This document shows positions 38,996 through 48,253 of a stretch of DNA of 64,000 bases, one piece after another. Source of the DNA: an uncultured Thermoprotei archaeon (GTDB lineage Archaea > Thermoproteota > Thermoprotei > QMSL01 > B3-G16); contig CAZFCQ010000003.1 in the NCBI GenBank assembly GCA_964517845.1, positions 35,978-99,977 on the forward strand, in the 5' to 3' direction. The translations under genes and the position numbers were made by a program. How positions within the stretch are numbered: the first letter of the stretch is position 1; each line of letters starts with the position of its first letter. The notes beneath the pieces are model-generated. The model was not told where the DNA came from. It searched no databases and was given only the letters and a program-made list of their open reading frames with translations.

Positions 38996-40180
38996 CTATA
39001 ATAATGCTCTTGCTATTTTTGCAAAGAAAACTGGATGCTTCATTAACTTCTGCGCCACTCTTTTCACATTTAATCCATTTGCTAAGTCTATTATATCCTT
39101 ACCTTCAAGAATTCTAGCTAATTCATTTAACTCATTATCGTTAAGTCTTTCCACAACTCTTAAAACTTTAAGACTTCGAGAAATCCTAATTCCCCAGTAC
39201 TTATCATACTCACTAACATACTCTTTAAGCTTATTATAAGTGATGTTATTCTCTACAATAGCTTCTCTCGCTATCCGTCCAGCTATCTTACCAGCTATTG
39301 ATGCTGAATGTATACCACCACCTGTTAAAGGTATAACCTGTCCAGCTGCATCACCGCAGAGCATTACATTACCTTTTACTCTCTCTTTAACCTGTCCACT
39401 TATAGGAACTGCTGAAACACCAAATTCAAGCTCTACGCTTCTCTTAAATCGTTCAAAATTCTCTTCTATAAATTTATCAATATATCTTCTAGGTATATCT
39501 CCTCTAACTCCTGCGCCAATTCCTACTTTTTCTTCTTCACGTGGGAATATCCATAAGTAACCTCCAGGTGCAATTCTTGTGCCTACCCTTATTTCCAATA
39601 CATGCTTATCAATAAGTTCTACATCATTCAGTATATACTGAGCTGTAGGTATAACTTCATATTCCTTTCTTCTAAAGAATGCCCTTCCTATCTTAGATCC
39701 TATTCCATCACATGCTATGACAATCTTCGGCTTAACTCTAATAAGCTCCCCTCGTTTAGATATTATGACATCTTCAACAAACCCTTTTTCATTAACTTTA
39801 TAATCGACTACAGGACTGTTGATCCATAAGAGTGCTCCATTTCGTCTAGCTCTTATAGCTAAGGTCTCTAACAACGCTCTTTTATTGATAATATATCCTT
39901 CACCCATTCTACTACTAATTTCAACATAATCTTTACCATTAGGCGCAAATACTAATACGCCTCTAATTTCATTACGTACTATGTTCCTATCTGGCTTTAC
40001 CTCTAGATCTCTTAATGTTGCGGCTGAAACTGCTTCTCCGCAAGGTTTCTTAGCTAGTTTATTTTCTTTTTCTACTATTAATACCTCTACTTCCCCTTTT
40101 TTAGAAGCTTCAATACTGGCTGAAAGTCCTGCAGGTCCTGCTCCTATTATGAGTATATCAACAACTCTTTCATTCAACAT
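38996..40180 (-). CDS. Geranylgeranyl reductase (digeranylgeranylglycerophospholipid reductase, FAD-dependent)
   Basis: The FAD-binding motif is DILIIGAGPAGL, and GDAAG is present. The start is set to MLNERVV. A start at 40288 would overlap endA. Confidence 0.8.
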   Translation of the reverse strand: MLNERVVDILIIGAGPAGLSASIEASKKGEVEVLIVEKENKLAKKPCGEAVSAATLRDLEVKPDRNIVRNEIRGVLVFAPNGKDYVEISSRMGEGYIINKRALLETLAIRARRNGALLWINSPVVDYKVNEKGFVEDVIISKRGELIRVKPKIVIACDGIGSKIGRAFFRRKEYEVIPTAQYILNDVELIDKHVLEIRVGTRIAPGGYLWIFPREEEKVGIGAGVRGDIPRRYIDKFIEENFERFKRSVELEFGVSAVPISGQVKERVKGNVMLCGDAAGQVIPLTGGGIHSASIAGKIAGRIAREAIVENNITYNKLKEYVSEYDKYWGIRISRSLKVLRVVERLNDNELNELARILEGKDIIDLANGLNVKRVAQKLMKHPVFFAKIARALL

Positions 40181-40229
40181 TGAACACCTACACCTATTTC
40201 TCCATAGACTTATCTTTAAAAATTCCTTG

Positions 40230-40787
40230 TTATGCTTTAAACCACTTGAAGACATAATAGCGTATAGCACGTGTTTGTGGATGTACAACTGCTATTACAA
40301 ACCTCTTTCTAACACTATGAGAAAGTCTTCCTGCTCTTATTATTTCGATAGGATCCATTTTTGCCTCATATGGCATTACATGCACTAAAAAAGGTGCGTG
40401 GTCTATACCTGGCCCGTATCTATATACAGCAAATGTACTTCCAAACTTTAATCCTGGTCTAACTACATATCCTTTGCTTCTTAAGTCTTTATAAACCTCA
40501 TAAACATCATCAAACATATAGTATATCTTCCTTGCATATTCTCTCACATCCTCAGGCTTAAGGCTTCTCCCTTGAGAATCGAAAACCTCAATTCTCCCTT
40601 TTTCGAGAAGATAGAGAGCTTCAAGTAATGAGAGCTCGACAGGTCTCTCTATGTCTAGTTCCTTAGGTTTGCTTATGCCTACTAATTTCCCATAAAATCC
40701 CTCTTTATAAAGCCTAGGAGCTTCTCTCTTATCCCAAGCTATAATTCGAGAGCCTATGAGCACAGCTTTTATCTTATCTTCGCTCAT
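40230..40787 (-). CDS. endA: tRNA-splicing endonuclease, catalytic subunit (EndA)
   Basis: The 185-aa product has the C-terminal catalytic domain ...YRYGPGIDHAPFLVHV...RLSHSVRKRFVIAVV (Tyr/His/Lys triad context). Confidence 0.8.
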   Translation of the reverse strand: MSEDKIKAVLIGSRIIAWDKREAPRLYKEGFYGKLVGISKPKELDIERPVELSLLEALYLLEKGRIEVFDSQGRSLKPEDVREYARKIYYMFDDVYEVYKDLRSKGYVVRPGLKFGSTFAVYRYGPGIDHAPFLVHVMPYEAKMDPIEIIRAGRLSHSVRKRFVIAVVHPQTRAIRYYVFKWFKA

Positions 40788-40874
40788 AAATAGCCCTACT
40801 TTAATATCTATCGTCTGGGAAAAATATTAAGAAAGAGAGACTAATAAATAAAACTTTCGAGGACGTGATTTTAT

Positions 40875-41930
40875 ATGTTCCAAACTAGTGAACTACTTGA
40901 AATCTCAAAGACTGTTTCAAAAATTAAGAAAAAGCAAATGATTCTGCTCTCACTTGCTGGTATAGCTACTCTGATAGCTTTCATATACCTTCTAGGAGGA
41001 CCAGAAGAAGCTTTAGGCTTAATCCTTCTAATAACCCCCATGACGCTCACTACTATGGTTTTGCTTGAATTAGTTAATATTACGCTCTACGGTATTGCGT
41101 GGTGGCTTATTTTACGAGCGATTCGTGGAAAGGTAAATTTAAAAGAGTGTGTAGTTGCTGGCTATGTTAGCATTCTCGGAGATATGTTAGTTCCTACTGG
41201 TATTACGGGTGAAGCACTCTGGTATTTGTATGCTACTCGTCGACTTAAGGTAAAATCTGGCGAAGCGGCAGTAAGCATTATAGTTCATAGATTAATCGAT
41301 AGTCTCCTTTTTACCTCAATAGTGTTGATAAGCTGGATACGTCTTTCTCTTCTTTATCACTGGCGTACGCATCCATTAGGTCAGTACGTAAGTTTAGTTG
41401 TACTTGCATCAATATTTTGTTTTTCTTGCCTCTACATTTTACTACATGTAGACTTAGTTTCAGATCATGTAGAAAATATACTTACTAAGATATCGCATAA
41501 GCTCTCGAAATACAAGATGTTCTCTAGAATTGAGGTTCTCAGATTCTTCAATGATTTCCAGAATGCCGCTCTTTTAATAAGACATAACATGCTAAGTACT
41601 ACCTTAATAACACTTGTGTTATTAACACGCTGGCTCTCTGGCATCTCTATACCTTATGTTGTATTTAATTCCCTAGGATATAAAGTAAGTTTCTGGTTAA
41701 CGGCATTAGCATATCCACTTTATGGGCTTACATTATTACTACCAGGGGGTATTCCTGCTATGATAGGTATACTAGATGTTACTATGATATCAATTTTCCT
41801 TCTTCTAGGCATAAAGAAGGGTGTAGCTATTGCTGTATCATTTATAACACGTTTAGTTACTATAGTTACAGATCTTCTATTCATTTCTATAATTTCAGCC
41901 TATATGGGTATTAGTGAATTTATCAAGTAA
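40875..41930 (+). CDS. Integral membrane protein, UPF0104 / lysylphosphatidylglycerol-synthase-TM-like (flippase-like) family
   Basis: It has about 8 TM segments and is 351 aa. Confidence 0.5.
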   Translation: MFQTSELLEISKTVSKIKKKQMILLSLAGIATLIAFIYLLGGPEEALGLILLITPMTLTTMVLLELVNITLYGIAWWLILRAIRGKVNLKECVVAGYVSILGDMLVPTGITGEALWYLYATRRLKVKSGEAAVSIIVHRLIDSLLFTSIVLISWIRLSLLYHWRTHPLGQYVSLVVLASIFCFSCLYILLHVDLVSDHVENILTKISHKLSKYKMFSRIEVLRFFNDFQNAALLIRHNMLSTTLITLVLLTRWLSGISIPYVVFNSLGYKVSFWLTALAYPLYGLTLLLPGGIPAMIGILDVTMISIFLLLGIKKGVAIAVSFITRLVTIVTDLLFISIISAYMGISEFIK

Positions 41931-42621
41931 ACCTATGTAATGCTATCATCATCACATCGTCAGATGCATCTTCAAATAAATCAGCTATATTTTCGAGAAA
42001 CTCTATGATGAGTCTTATAATATGAACATGTGGTTTGTTTAGCTCTTCTAATGTTAATAAATCAGTCTCTCTATAAGCTAAATCTGCCTTTTTCTCAGAA
42101 TCGCTTACTTCTTTACAAAATTCTAGAACCTGGTTTAAGTTATATCGTAATGCAAATACGGCTCTTCTAAATGCATCATAAGCTTCTATCACACTACCTA
42201 CAAATTCTCTTAAAGGTTCTAATAGGCTAAATGGTATCCCCCATCCTTTTTCTTCTAATCGTTCTAACCTATATGCAATACCCTCTAGATAATCTGCTAC
42301 CTGAACAATTTTGCCTGTAAGTCGAATCCAATCTTCCCGTATCTCTAGTCCAGGTGTAGTTCTAGCTATATAATTGTATAGGTCACGTTTTATTCTGAGT
42401 ACTTCTTCTCTGCTTTCTCTAATTCTCTCTAATCTCTTTCTGAAATCTTCCTTCTTTCTCTCGTATTCTAATAAGCATTGATATAATTCATGTAGTGCTT
42501 CCCCGATATTTCTTGTCTGTTCTTCTATCATGTCAAGTATTCGCCTTGTAGCTTCGTCCTCTCTAGATATAAACATTCTTTCTTTATTTTCATCGATGTT
42601 AATTATACTCACAGATGCCAT
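41923..42621 (-). CDS. DUF47 (PhoU-like) family protein
   Basis: The architecture is an all-helical bundle of paired helices, typical of TIGR00153/PhoU-like proteins. Confidence 0.55.
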   Translation of the reverse strand: MASVSIINIDENKERMFISREDEATRRILDMIEEQTRNIGEALHELYQCLLEYERKKEDFRKRLERIRESREEVLRIKRDLYNYIARTTPGLEIREDWIRLTGKIVQVADYLEGIAYRLERLEEKGWGIPFSLLEPLREFVGSVIEAYDAFRRAVFALRYNLNQVLEFCKEVSDSEKKADLAYRETDLLTLEELNKPHVHIIRLIIEFLENIADLFEDASDDVMMIALHRFT

Positions 42622-42680
42622 CTCCTAGAGCTTTGTTTTCAGACATATAGGGTTTAAAGTATGATTTATTTAAAAGTTTA

Positions 42681-42956
42681 TTACCTTGCCGTAGTAGTTA
42701 GCGGTCTCCTTACTGTAGCTATAGTTCTATCTGCTACACCTCTCTCTCTTAACTCTTGGGCATTAGCCCAAACTTCATTTTCAGGAACGGTATCTAGGCC
42801 AATAACTTTAAAGCGTATTTTCTTCTTACCAGCTATAACTATCTCTACCATATCCTCTATACCTAAGTATCTCATAGTCTTTGGATTCATCTTAGCCATT
42901 CCTCTATCGACGTCATTCCTTTGCCTAATCCTTAATCTCTTCTCGACTCTCTTCAT
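42681..42956 (-). CDS. Stand-alone Cdc48/VAT N-terminal-like (double-psi beta-barrel) domain protein
   Basis: ...RLRIRQRNDVDRGMAKMNPKTMRYLGIEDMVEIVIAGKKKIRFKVIG resembles the VAT-Nn substrate-recognition domain. Confidence 0.45.
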   Translation of the reverse strand: MKRVEKRLRIRQRNDVDRGMAKMNPKTMRYLGIEDMVEIVIAGKKKIRFKVIGLDTVPENEVWANAQELRERGVADRTIATVRRPLTTTAR

Positions 42957-42962
42957 AACTCT

Positions 42963-44711
42963 TCACCTGCTAGGATACCTTTTTTTCAAATCTTTAAAGG
43001 ATACTTTAAGATTTATGTAGCTTTCAATAATAGGTATTACTTCATTTTCAGGTATTCTTATCTGTTCCCATGTATCTCTATCTCTTAATGTAACTGTCTT
43101 ATCTATCAAAGTTTGACCATCTACTGTGATTGCTAAAGGCACTCCTATTTCATCAGCTCTTGCATATCTTCTCCCTATTGAGCCTGATATATCATAGAAA
43201 GCTGCTATTCCTCTATTTTTTAGCCCCTTGTATATCCTTAGAGCTTCACGCTTCATGTCTTCATTATCTATGAGTGGAAATACTACTGCTTTTATTGGAG
43301 CTACATCTGGTGGTAGCTTTAAAACCACTCGACCTCGTACTTCATAGTATGCATATTCTAATGTAGCATATACAAGTCTATCAGCACCATATGAAGGCTC
43401 TACTACATGAGGTATGAACCTTCTCCCTGTCTCCTTCACCTCTTCAAGGCTTATATCAACCATATCTCTAGTAACTCTCTTTCCATCAACTATAGCAAAA
43501 CCTCTTTCTTTAAGTTCTTTGATGAATTTCATATCTTTACTTTTCTCTTCTATTAATCTTGCAAGCTTTTTTGCTTCCTTCTTGAACTTAGGTCCTATTA
43601 TCTCCATGCGTGGTCTTACTCTATAAACCTTAAGAATTTTTGGATGTTCATATTCCTGAAAGACTCTTAGATCTTGCCTACTGTATTCCATATGTCTTGA
43701 GAGATCGTAGTCTGTCCTATAAGAGTGACCTGCTACTTCAACCCATCCCCATCTTTCAAGCCAAACTGTCTGATCGAAAGTTTGCAAGGCATAATGTGCT
43801 CTCTCTTCAGGCAATTTTTCTACGAACATCTGTTTATCACTCGGTATGCCTAGGCTCCTAACAAACCTTTGACCTAAGCCCATGTAGAAAGCTAACCATT
43901 CATTCTTTACGATATCTTTTTCAAGTAGTTCTTTAACTCTAACTTTAATGGGTTCTTCTTTACCCTCCAAAATTCTCTTTATGGGTAAAACTTGAATCAC
44001 CTCATCTTCTACTTCATTCAATACAGGGCATTTAGGATCTTCAGGATCAAAGAAGAGCTCTAATTCCATTATGGTGAATTCCCTTAATCTTATTGGTCCT
44101 TGTCTAGGCGATATCTCGTTCCTCATAACCTTACCTATTTGAGCTATGCCTAGAGGTAATCTACGTCGTGCTGCTTCGAAAACTCTCTTGAAAGAAATAA
44201 ACATCCCTTGAGCTGCTTCAGGTCTAGCATAGCCTATATTACCTTCATAAGGTCCAATAGTTGTCTTAAATAACAGATTAAACGTTCTCACTTCTCCTAA
44301 CTCACCTTGACACTCAGGGCACCTTATGTTATATTCTCTTATAATCTTAGTAAGTTCCTCTGGAGTAAGCTTTTCTAATCCCCCTAATTTTGTTACTTCC
44401 TCGATTAAATGATCCGCCCTATATTTTCTGTGACATTTAGTGCATTCAACTATCATATCAGTAAAGTGCTCTAAATGGCCTGAAGCATTAAAGACTATCT
44501 CAGGCATTATTATTGGAGTCTCTATCTCAACCATAAATTCTTGGTACTCATATATGAACGTACGTCTCCACTTTTCCTCAATATTTCTCTTAAGTAATGT
44601 TCCTAAAGGACCAAAATCTAGGAAGCCTCTTACTCCGCCATATATCTCTACAGATGGCCAGAAGAACCCTCTTCTACGAGCTAATTCTACTATTTTATCA
44701 TATTTATCCAT
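42963..44711 (-). CDS. glyS: Glycyl-tRNA synthetase (archaeal/eukaryotic alpha2 type)
   Basis: The N-terminal MDKYDKIVELARRRGFFWPSVEIYGG... is followed by class II motifs. The size is 582 aa. Confidence 0.9.
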   Translation of the reverse strand: MDKYDKIVELARRRGFFWPSVEIYGGVRGFLDFGPLGTLLKRNIEEKWRRTFIYEYQEFMVEIETPIIMPEIVFNASGHLEHFTDMIVECTKCHRKYRADHLIEEVTKLGGLEKLTPEELTKIIREYNIRCPECQGELGEVRTFNLLFKTTIGPYEGNIGYARPEAAQGMFISFKRVFEAARRRLPLGIAQIGKVMRNEISPRQGPIRLREFTIMELELFFDPEDPKCPVLNEVEDEVIQVLPIKRILEGKEEPIKVRVKELLEKDIVKNEWLAFYMGLGQRFVRSLGIPSDKQMFVEKLPEERAHYALQTFDQTVWLERWGWVEVAGHSYRTDYDLSRHMEYSRQDLRVFQEYEHPKILKVYRVRPRMEIIGPKFKKEAKKLARLIEEKSKDMKFIKELKERGFAIVDGKRVTRDMVDISLEEVKETGRRFIPHVVEPSYGADRLVYATLEYAYYEVRGRVVLKLPPDVAPIKAVVFPLIDNEDMKREALRIYKGLKNRGIAAFYDISGSIGRRYARADEIGVPLAITVDGQTLIDKTVTLRDRDTWEQIRIPENEVIPIIESYINLKVSFKDLKKRYPSR

Positions 44712-44832
44712 GTTTTCCTCCTCGTTCTTAATGTCTCTATATCGCAGAGCATTTCTAGGGTTAAATATAGATATCCTAATTTAAGCATAAAGAATGAATT
44801 TCCTCAAAAAGATTAAGAGAAGGTAACGCATT

Positions 44833-45741
44833 ATGAACGAGTTCGAAGGCTTAGTATACCCTATGGGGCCACCATTAAGAGGGTTTAATCATCCATGGAA
44901 TGAAGCAAGATATATTATTATAGGTTTTCCTTTTGATGGTACTAGTAGTTATAGACCAGGTACTCGATTTGGCCCTCTAAACATAAGATTGTCTTCTTTA
45001 ATGATAGAATCCATGAGCTTATTTTCGAAACTTAGTATAGATGAGATACCTATCTATGATATAGGCGATGTCACTGTAGTACATGGTAATGTTACTGAAA
45101 GTTTAAAGAGGCTAAAAAGTGTCATTGAATTAGTATTAAATAAAAATAAGAAGCCTATGGTAATTGGTGGTGAACATACACTCACTTTAGGAGTATTGAA
45201 CGCTCTTAAAAGGCATATTAAACAAGATGAATTCTGCTTAGTATCCTTAGATGCTCATATGGACTTATATGATGAATGGCCCTTAGGTCAGAGGGTTTCT
45301 CATGCAACTACTCTACGCAGATCTTATGAACTATTAGGAAATAGTGATATCATAATCGTAGGTGTTAGAGCCTGTGATCCTGAAGAAATAACCTTTGCAG
45401 AGGAGCACAATATAAAGTATATTTCTTCTTTCGATATTGACTCAAAATCTACTAGAGAGGTGCTTCTAGAAAGAATTAAAGATAAGCAAGTCTATTTGAG
45501 CCTAGATATTGATGTACTCGACCCTTCTATAGCCCCAGGAGTTGGAAATCCTGAAGCTGGTGGGCTAAACTATCATACTTTACTGAAATTACTCAAACTA
45601 ATAATACAACATTCTAAAGAGATGTTAGGCTTTGATTTAGTAGAATTTAATCCACTAGTTGATATGACTGGGACTACAAGTGTTATCGCTACTAGGCTTC
45701 TGTATGAAGTCCTTTCACTTGATTATCCTCGTAGTCATTAA
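44833..45741 (+). CDS. speB: Agmatinase (ureohydrolase / arginase family)
   Basis: Mn-binding motifs are present (GGEHTLT, DAHMDL, SLDIDVLDP). Confidence 0.85.
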   Translation: MNEFEGLVYPMGPPLRGFNHPWNEARYIIIGFPFDGTSSYRPGTRFGPLNIRLSSLMIESMSLFSKLSIDEIPIYDIGDVTVVHGNVTESLKRLKSVIELVLNKNKKPMVIGGEHTLTLGVLNALKRHIKQDEFCLVSLDAHMDLYDEWPLGQRVSHATTLRRSYELLGNSDIIIVGVRACDPEEITFAEEHNIKYISSFDIDSKSTREVLLERIKDKQVYLSLDIDVLDPSIAPGVGNPEAGGLNYHTLLKLLKLIIQHSKEMLGFDLVEFNPLVDMTGTTSVIATRLLYEVLSLDYPRSH

Positions 45742-45744
45742 GGC

Positions 45745-45888
45745 TTATACTCCTTTAACTTTCTTAGCAATAGGCGGACGGACTTTATATATTATCCTAT
45801 ATCCGCAGAAAGGACACATTATGCTAGGGATTAGCTTGAGATCTTCTAGCTCAAAGGTCTTTCCGCATCTTCCACACTTATAAGTCAT
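45745..45888 (-). CDS. rpoP: DNA-directed RNA polymerase subunit P (Rpb12/RpoP homolog). It is absent from the supplied ORF track because it is only 47 aa
   Basis: Manual minus-strand translation gives MTYKCGRCGKTFELEDLKLIPSIMCPFCGYRIIYKVRPPIAKKVKGV. This is the Cys4 zinc ribbon with the conserved CPxCGxRI motif. Confidence 0.75.
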   Translation of the reverse strand: MTYKCGRCGKTFELEDLKLIPSIMCPFCGYRIIYKVRPPIAKKVKGV

Positions 45889-45999
45889 ACTTATTTCCCT
45901 TCTACAAACTTCACTTCTCTGCTTTTTAGTATTTCGGAGTAAACGGTTAGATTTAAATAGTCTGCTAGACTAATCACAACAAGGAGTTGATGGGAGAGA

Positions 46000-46311
46000 A
46001 TGAGTGAGGAGATCTCCCCTATAAGGGGGTTGCCAAAGGAACTATACGACTATGAAGAGATAATTAAAGAGCAACAACGTGTAAGAGTGCGTGTTGAAAG
46101 ACGACGCTTTGGAAGAGAAGTAACTATAATTGAAGGTATAGACAGTAGAGATGTAGATTTAAGAAAAATCGCTAAAGTTCTTAAAGGTAAATTAGCTTGC
46201 GGAGGTACTGTTAAGGAAGGCAGAATAGAGCTACAAGGTGATCATAGAACTAAGGTAAAGGAAATTCTTATTAACTTAGGATTTTCGGAAGATCAGATCT
46301 TCATAGAGTGA
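46000..46311 (+). CDS. Translation initiation factor aSUI1 (eIF1 homolog)
   Basis: The SUI1 domain is present (...[18 protein letters not shown]...). Confidence 0.85.
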   Translation: MSEEISPIRGLPKELYDYEEIIKEQQRVRVRVERRRFGREVTIIEGIDSRDVDLRKIAKVLKGKLACGGTVKEGRIELQGDHRTKVKEILINLGFSEDQIFIE

Positions 46312-46317
46312 AAGCTC

Positions 46318-46509
46318 TTGCCATTAAAGAGGAGAAGTGTAAGAGAAGAAACTATTTTATGTTGTCCAGTATGTGGTTCTATAAATATAGAACGGATTAG
46401 AGTTCTAGGAGTGACTCCTACGCTTTACTTATGTAAAAATTGTGGTTACAAAGGCTACATAGTACTTGAATTAGATATTAATAACTTTAAGAGGGAAACA
46501 AATGCCTAA
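46318..46509 (+). CDS. Small zinc-ribbon protein
   Basis: CPVCGS...CKNCGY (Cys4) is present, and the gene is immediately downstream of aSUI1. Confidence 0.45.
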   Translation: MPLKRRSVREETILCCPVCGSINIERIRVLGVTPTLYLCKNCGYKGYIVLELDINNFKRETNA

Positions 46510-46996
46510 TCCTTTCTACACCCTTTATTTCCTCTATAACTCTTATCACTTCCTCTGGAACATATTTTCTCCACTCATCACCTTTAGCCATTAACTCCCT
46601 AATCCTAGTAGCATTATATAGCTCCCTCTTATAGAAAGGTATTCCCTCAACACGATATCCTTCTTCTTCAAATAACCTTCTTGAAAGAGAATCATTTGTA
46701 AATACTATATCGAACTTTGGCGTATATAATCTAACCATGGCTACCCATAACGAGTGCACTCTATCAGTATCAGGAACTGCAACAATAATACATTTATCCA
46801 GCAGTTCTCTCGACTTTAATACTCTCCATATCATCTCTATTCTCTCGCCTACTGTAAATGGGTTCTCCCATGTATGAGAAAATTGTGCGCTTCCTATTCC
46901 TATTACTAGTTCGTGCACTTTACTTAAAATCCACTCTATGGCCTTTAAGTGTCCATAGTGGAATGGCTGAAATCTACCTATGTAGAAGCCCCTCAT
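46487..46996 (-). CDS. nadM: Nicotinamide-nucleotide adenylyltransferase (archaeal NMNAT)
   Basis: MRGFYIGRFQPFHYGHL carries the (H/T)xGH nucleotidyltransferase motif. The size is 169 aa. Confidence 0.85.
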   Translation of the reverse strand: MRGFYIGRFQPFHYGHLKAIEWILSKVHELVIGIGSAQFSHTWENPFTVGERIEMIWRVLKSRELLDKCIIVAVPDTDRVHSLWVAMVRLYTPKFDIVFTNDSLSRRLFEEEGYRVEGIPFYKRELYNATRIRELMAKGDEWRKYVPEEVIRVIEEIKGVERIRHLFPS

Positions 46997-47141
46997 TGAA
47001 GCTGTTCACCAGTTGATGATTCATTATCATGACTTATTTATATCCTTTTATGATCTTTACTAAGAGTGTACTAAAGAATACCAAAAAGCAAGAGGCTTTC
47101 TTATTGGTAAAAACCATTAAAACAAGGGAATTAAGGAAAAA

Positions 47142-48119
47142 CTAACGAACTGGTATCTTTATTTTTAGCTCTCTAGCAAGTTCTTTATACCTATTTCTTA
47201 CAGTTACCTCTGTAACTTGAGCAGCCTGTGCAACTTCTTTTTGCGTTCTTATATCTCCTTTAAGTAATGACGCTATGTATATCGCTGCAGCTGCTAATCC
47301 TGCAGGATCTTTTCCTGCTGTAAGGCCTTTCGCCCTTGCCGCTTTAAGTATTGAAATGGCCTCCCTTATAACTGTTCCATCTAGCTTTAATGCTTCAGCT
47401 ATTCGAGGTACGAAATCTACAGGATCTGCTAATGGTACCTTAACTGCTCCCTCTCTTAATAAGAGTCTATAGCATCTAGCAACTTCTTTCTTTCCTCCTC
47501 TAGTATACTTGGCTATTTCATCAAGTGTTCGAGGAATTCTTAACTCTCTACATGCAGCGTATATCGCTGCAGCCATTACAGACTCTATGCTTCTTCCTCT
47601 TACTAACCCTTTCTCTACAGCACGTCTATAAATCTCCATCGCTTGTTCCTTAACGCTTTTAGGTAATCCTAACTGAGAGGAAATTCGTTCTAACTCTATA
47701 CTTGCTTGTTGCAAATTTCTCTCTAATGAGGTTTGTACTTTACTTCTCATTTGCCACTTTCGAAGTCGAAGCATCTCTAATCTACGTTTGTATGTTATCT
47801 CTCTTCCTAATGCATCCTTGCCTCTCCAATCTATGACGGTAGTAAGATTGTCGGGTGTAGCTCGAGTAAGCGGAGCACCTACACGACTTCTCCTAAGTTT
47901 CTCCTCCGGAGTGAAAGCTCGCCATTCAGGTCCTAAATCTATAAGCTTCTCATCTAGTACTAAACCACAGTTAGTACAGACTACTTCTCCTCTTTCATAA
48001 TTATAAGTGAAGGTATCATTACCACATGCAGGACACTTAATAGGTAAGGTTATTAACTCATCCGGTGAAGAGTGAGCATGCCTTCTTCTATTAACTTCTC
48101 TCACAATAACCACCTCCAT
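47142..48119 (-). CDS. tfb: Transcription initiation factor IIB (TFB)
   Basis: An N-terminal Zn ribbon CPACG...CTNCG is followed by two cyclin-like repeats. Confidence 0.9.
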   Translation of the reverse strand: MEVVIVREVNRRRHAHSSPDELITLPIKCPACGNDTFTYNYERGEVVCTNCGLVLDEKLIDLGPEWRAFTPEEKLRRSRVGAPLTRATPDNLTTVIDWRGKDALGREITYKRRLEMLRLRKWQMRSKVQTSLERNLQQASIELERISSQLGLPKSVKEQAMEIYRRAVEKGLVRGRSIESVMAAAIYAACRELRIPRTLDEIAKYTRGGKKEVARCYRLLLREGAVKVPLADPVDFVPRIAEALKLDGTVIREAISILKAARAKGLTAGKDPAGLAAAAIYIASLLKGDIRTQKEVAQAAQVTEVTVRNRYKELARELKIKIPVR

Positions 48120-48160
48120 AAGACTTATATATACGTATGCATATGAAAAGAGCCATAATA

Positions 48161-48170
48161 TATTTAAACC
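48161..48170 (-). promoter_or_regulatory. Putative TATA box (minus-strand TTTAAATA) for tfb
   Basis: The element lies about 45 nt upstream of the TFB ATG (48119). Confidence 0.3.
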
Positions 48171-48253
48171 TTTCGGTTAGAGGCAACTATAAATATCTAC
48201 TCGCATGATTAAAAGTTTTTCGCATCATTAATCTAATGTAGGTTTATAGTTTT

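Noticed and set aside
42661-43020. The plus-strand 119-aa hydrophobic ORF
   Set aside because: It is a low-complexity Leu/Ser/Ile translation antisense to the more protein-like VAT-N-like ORF and the GlyRS 3' end.
45680-45883. The 67-aa plus-strand ORF
   Set aside because: It is antisense to the convincing RpoP zinc-ribbon gene and overlaps the agmatinase 3' end.
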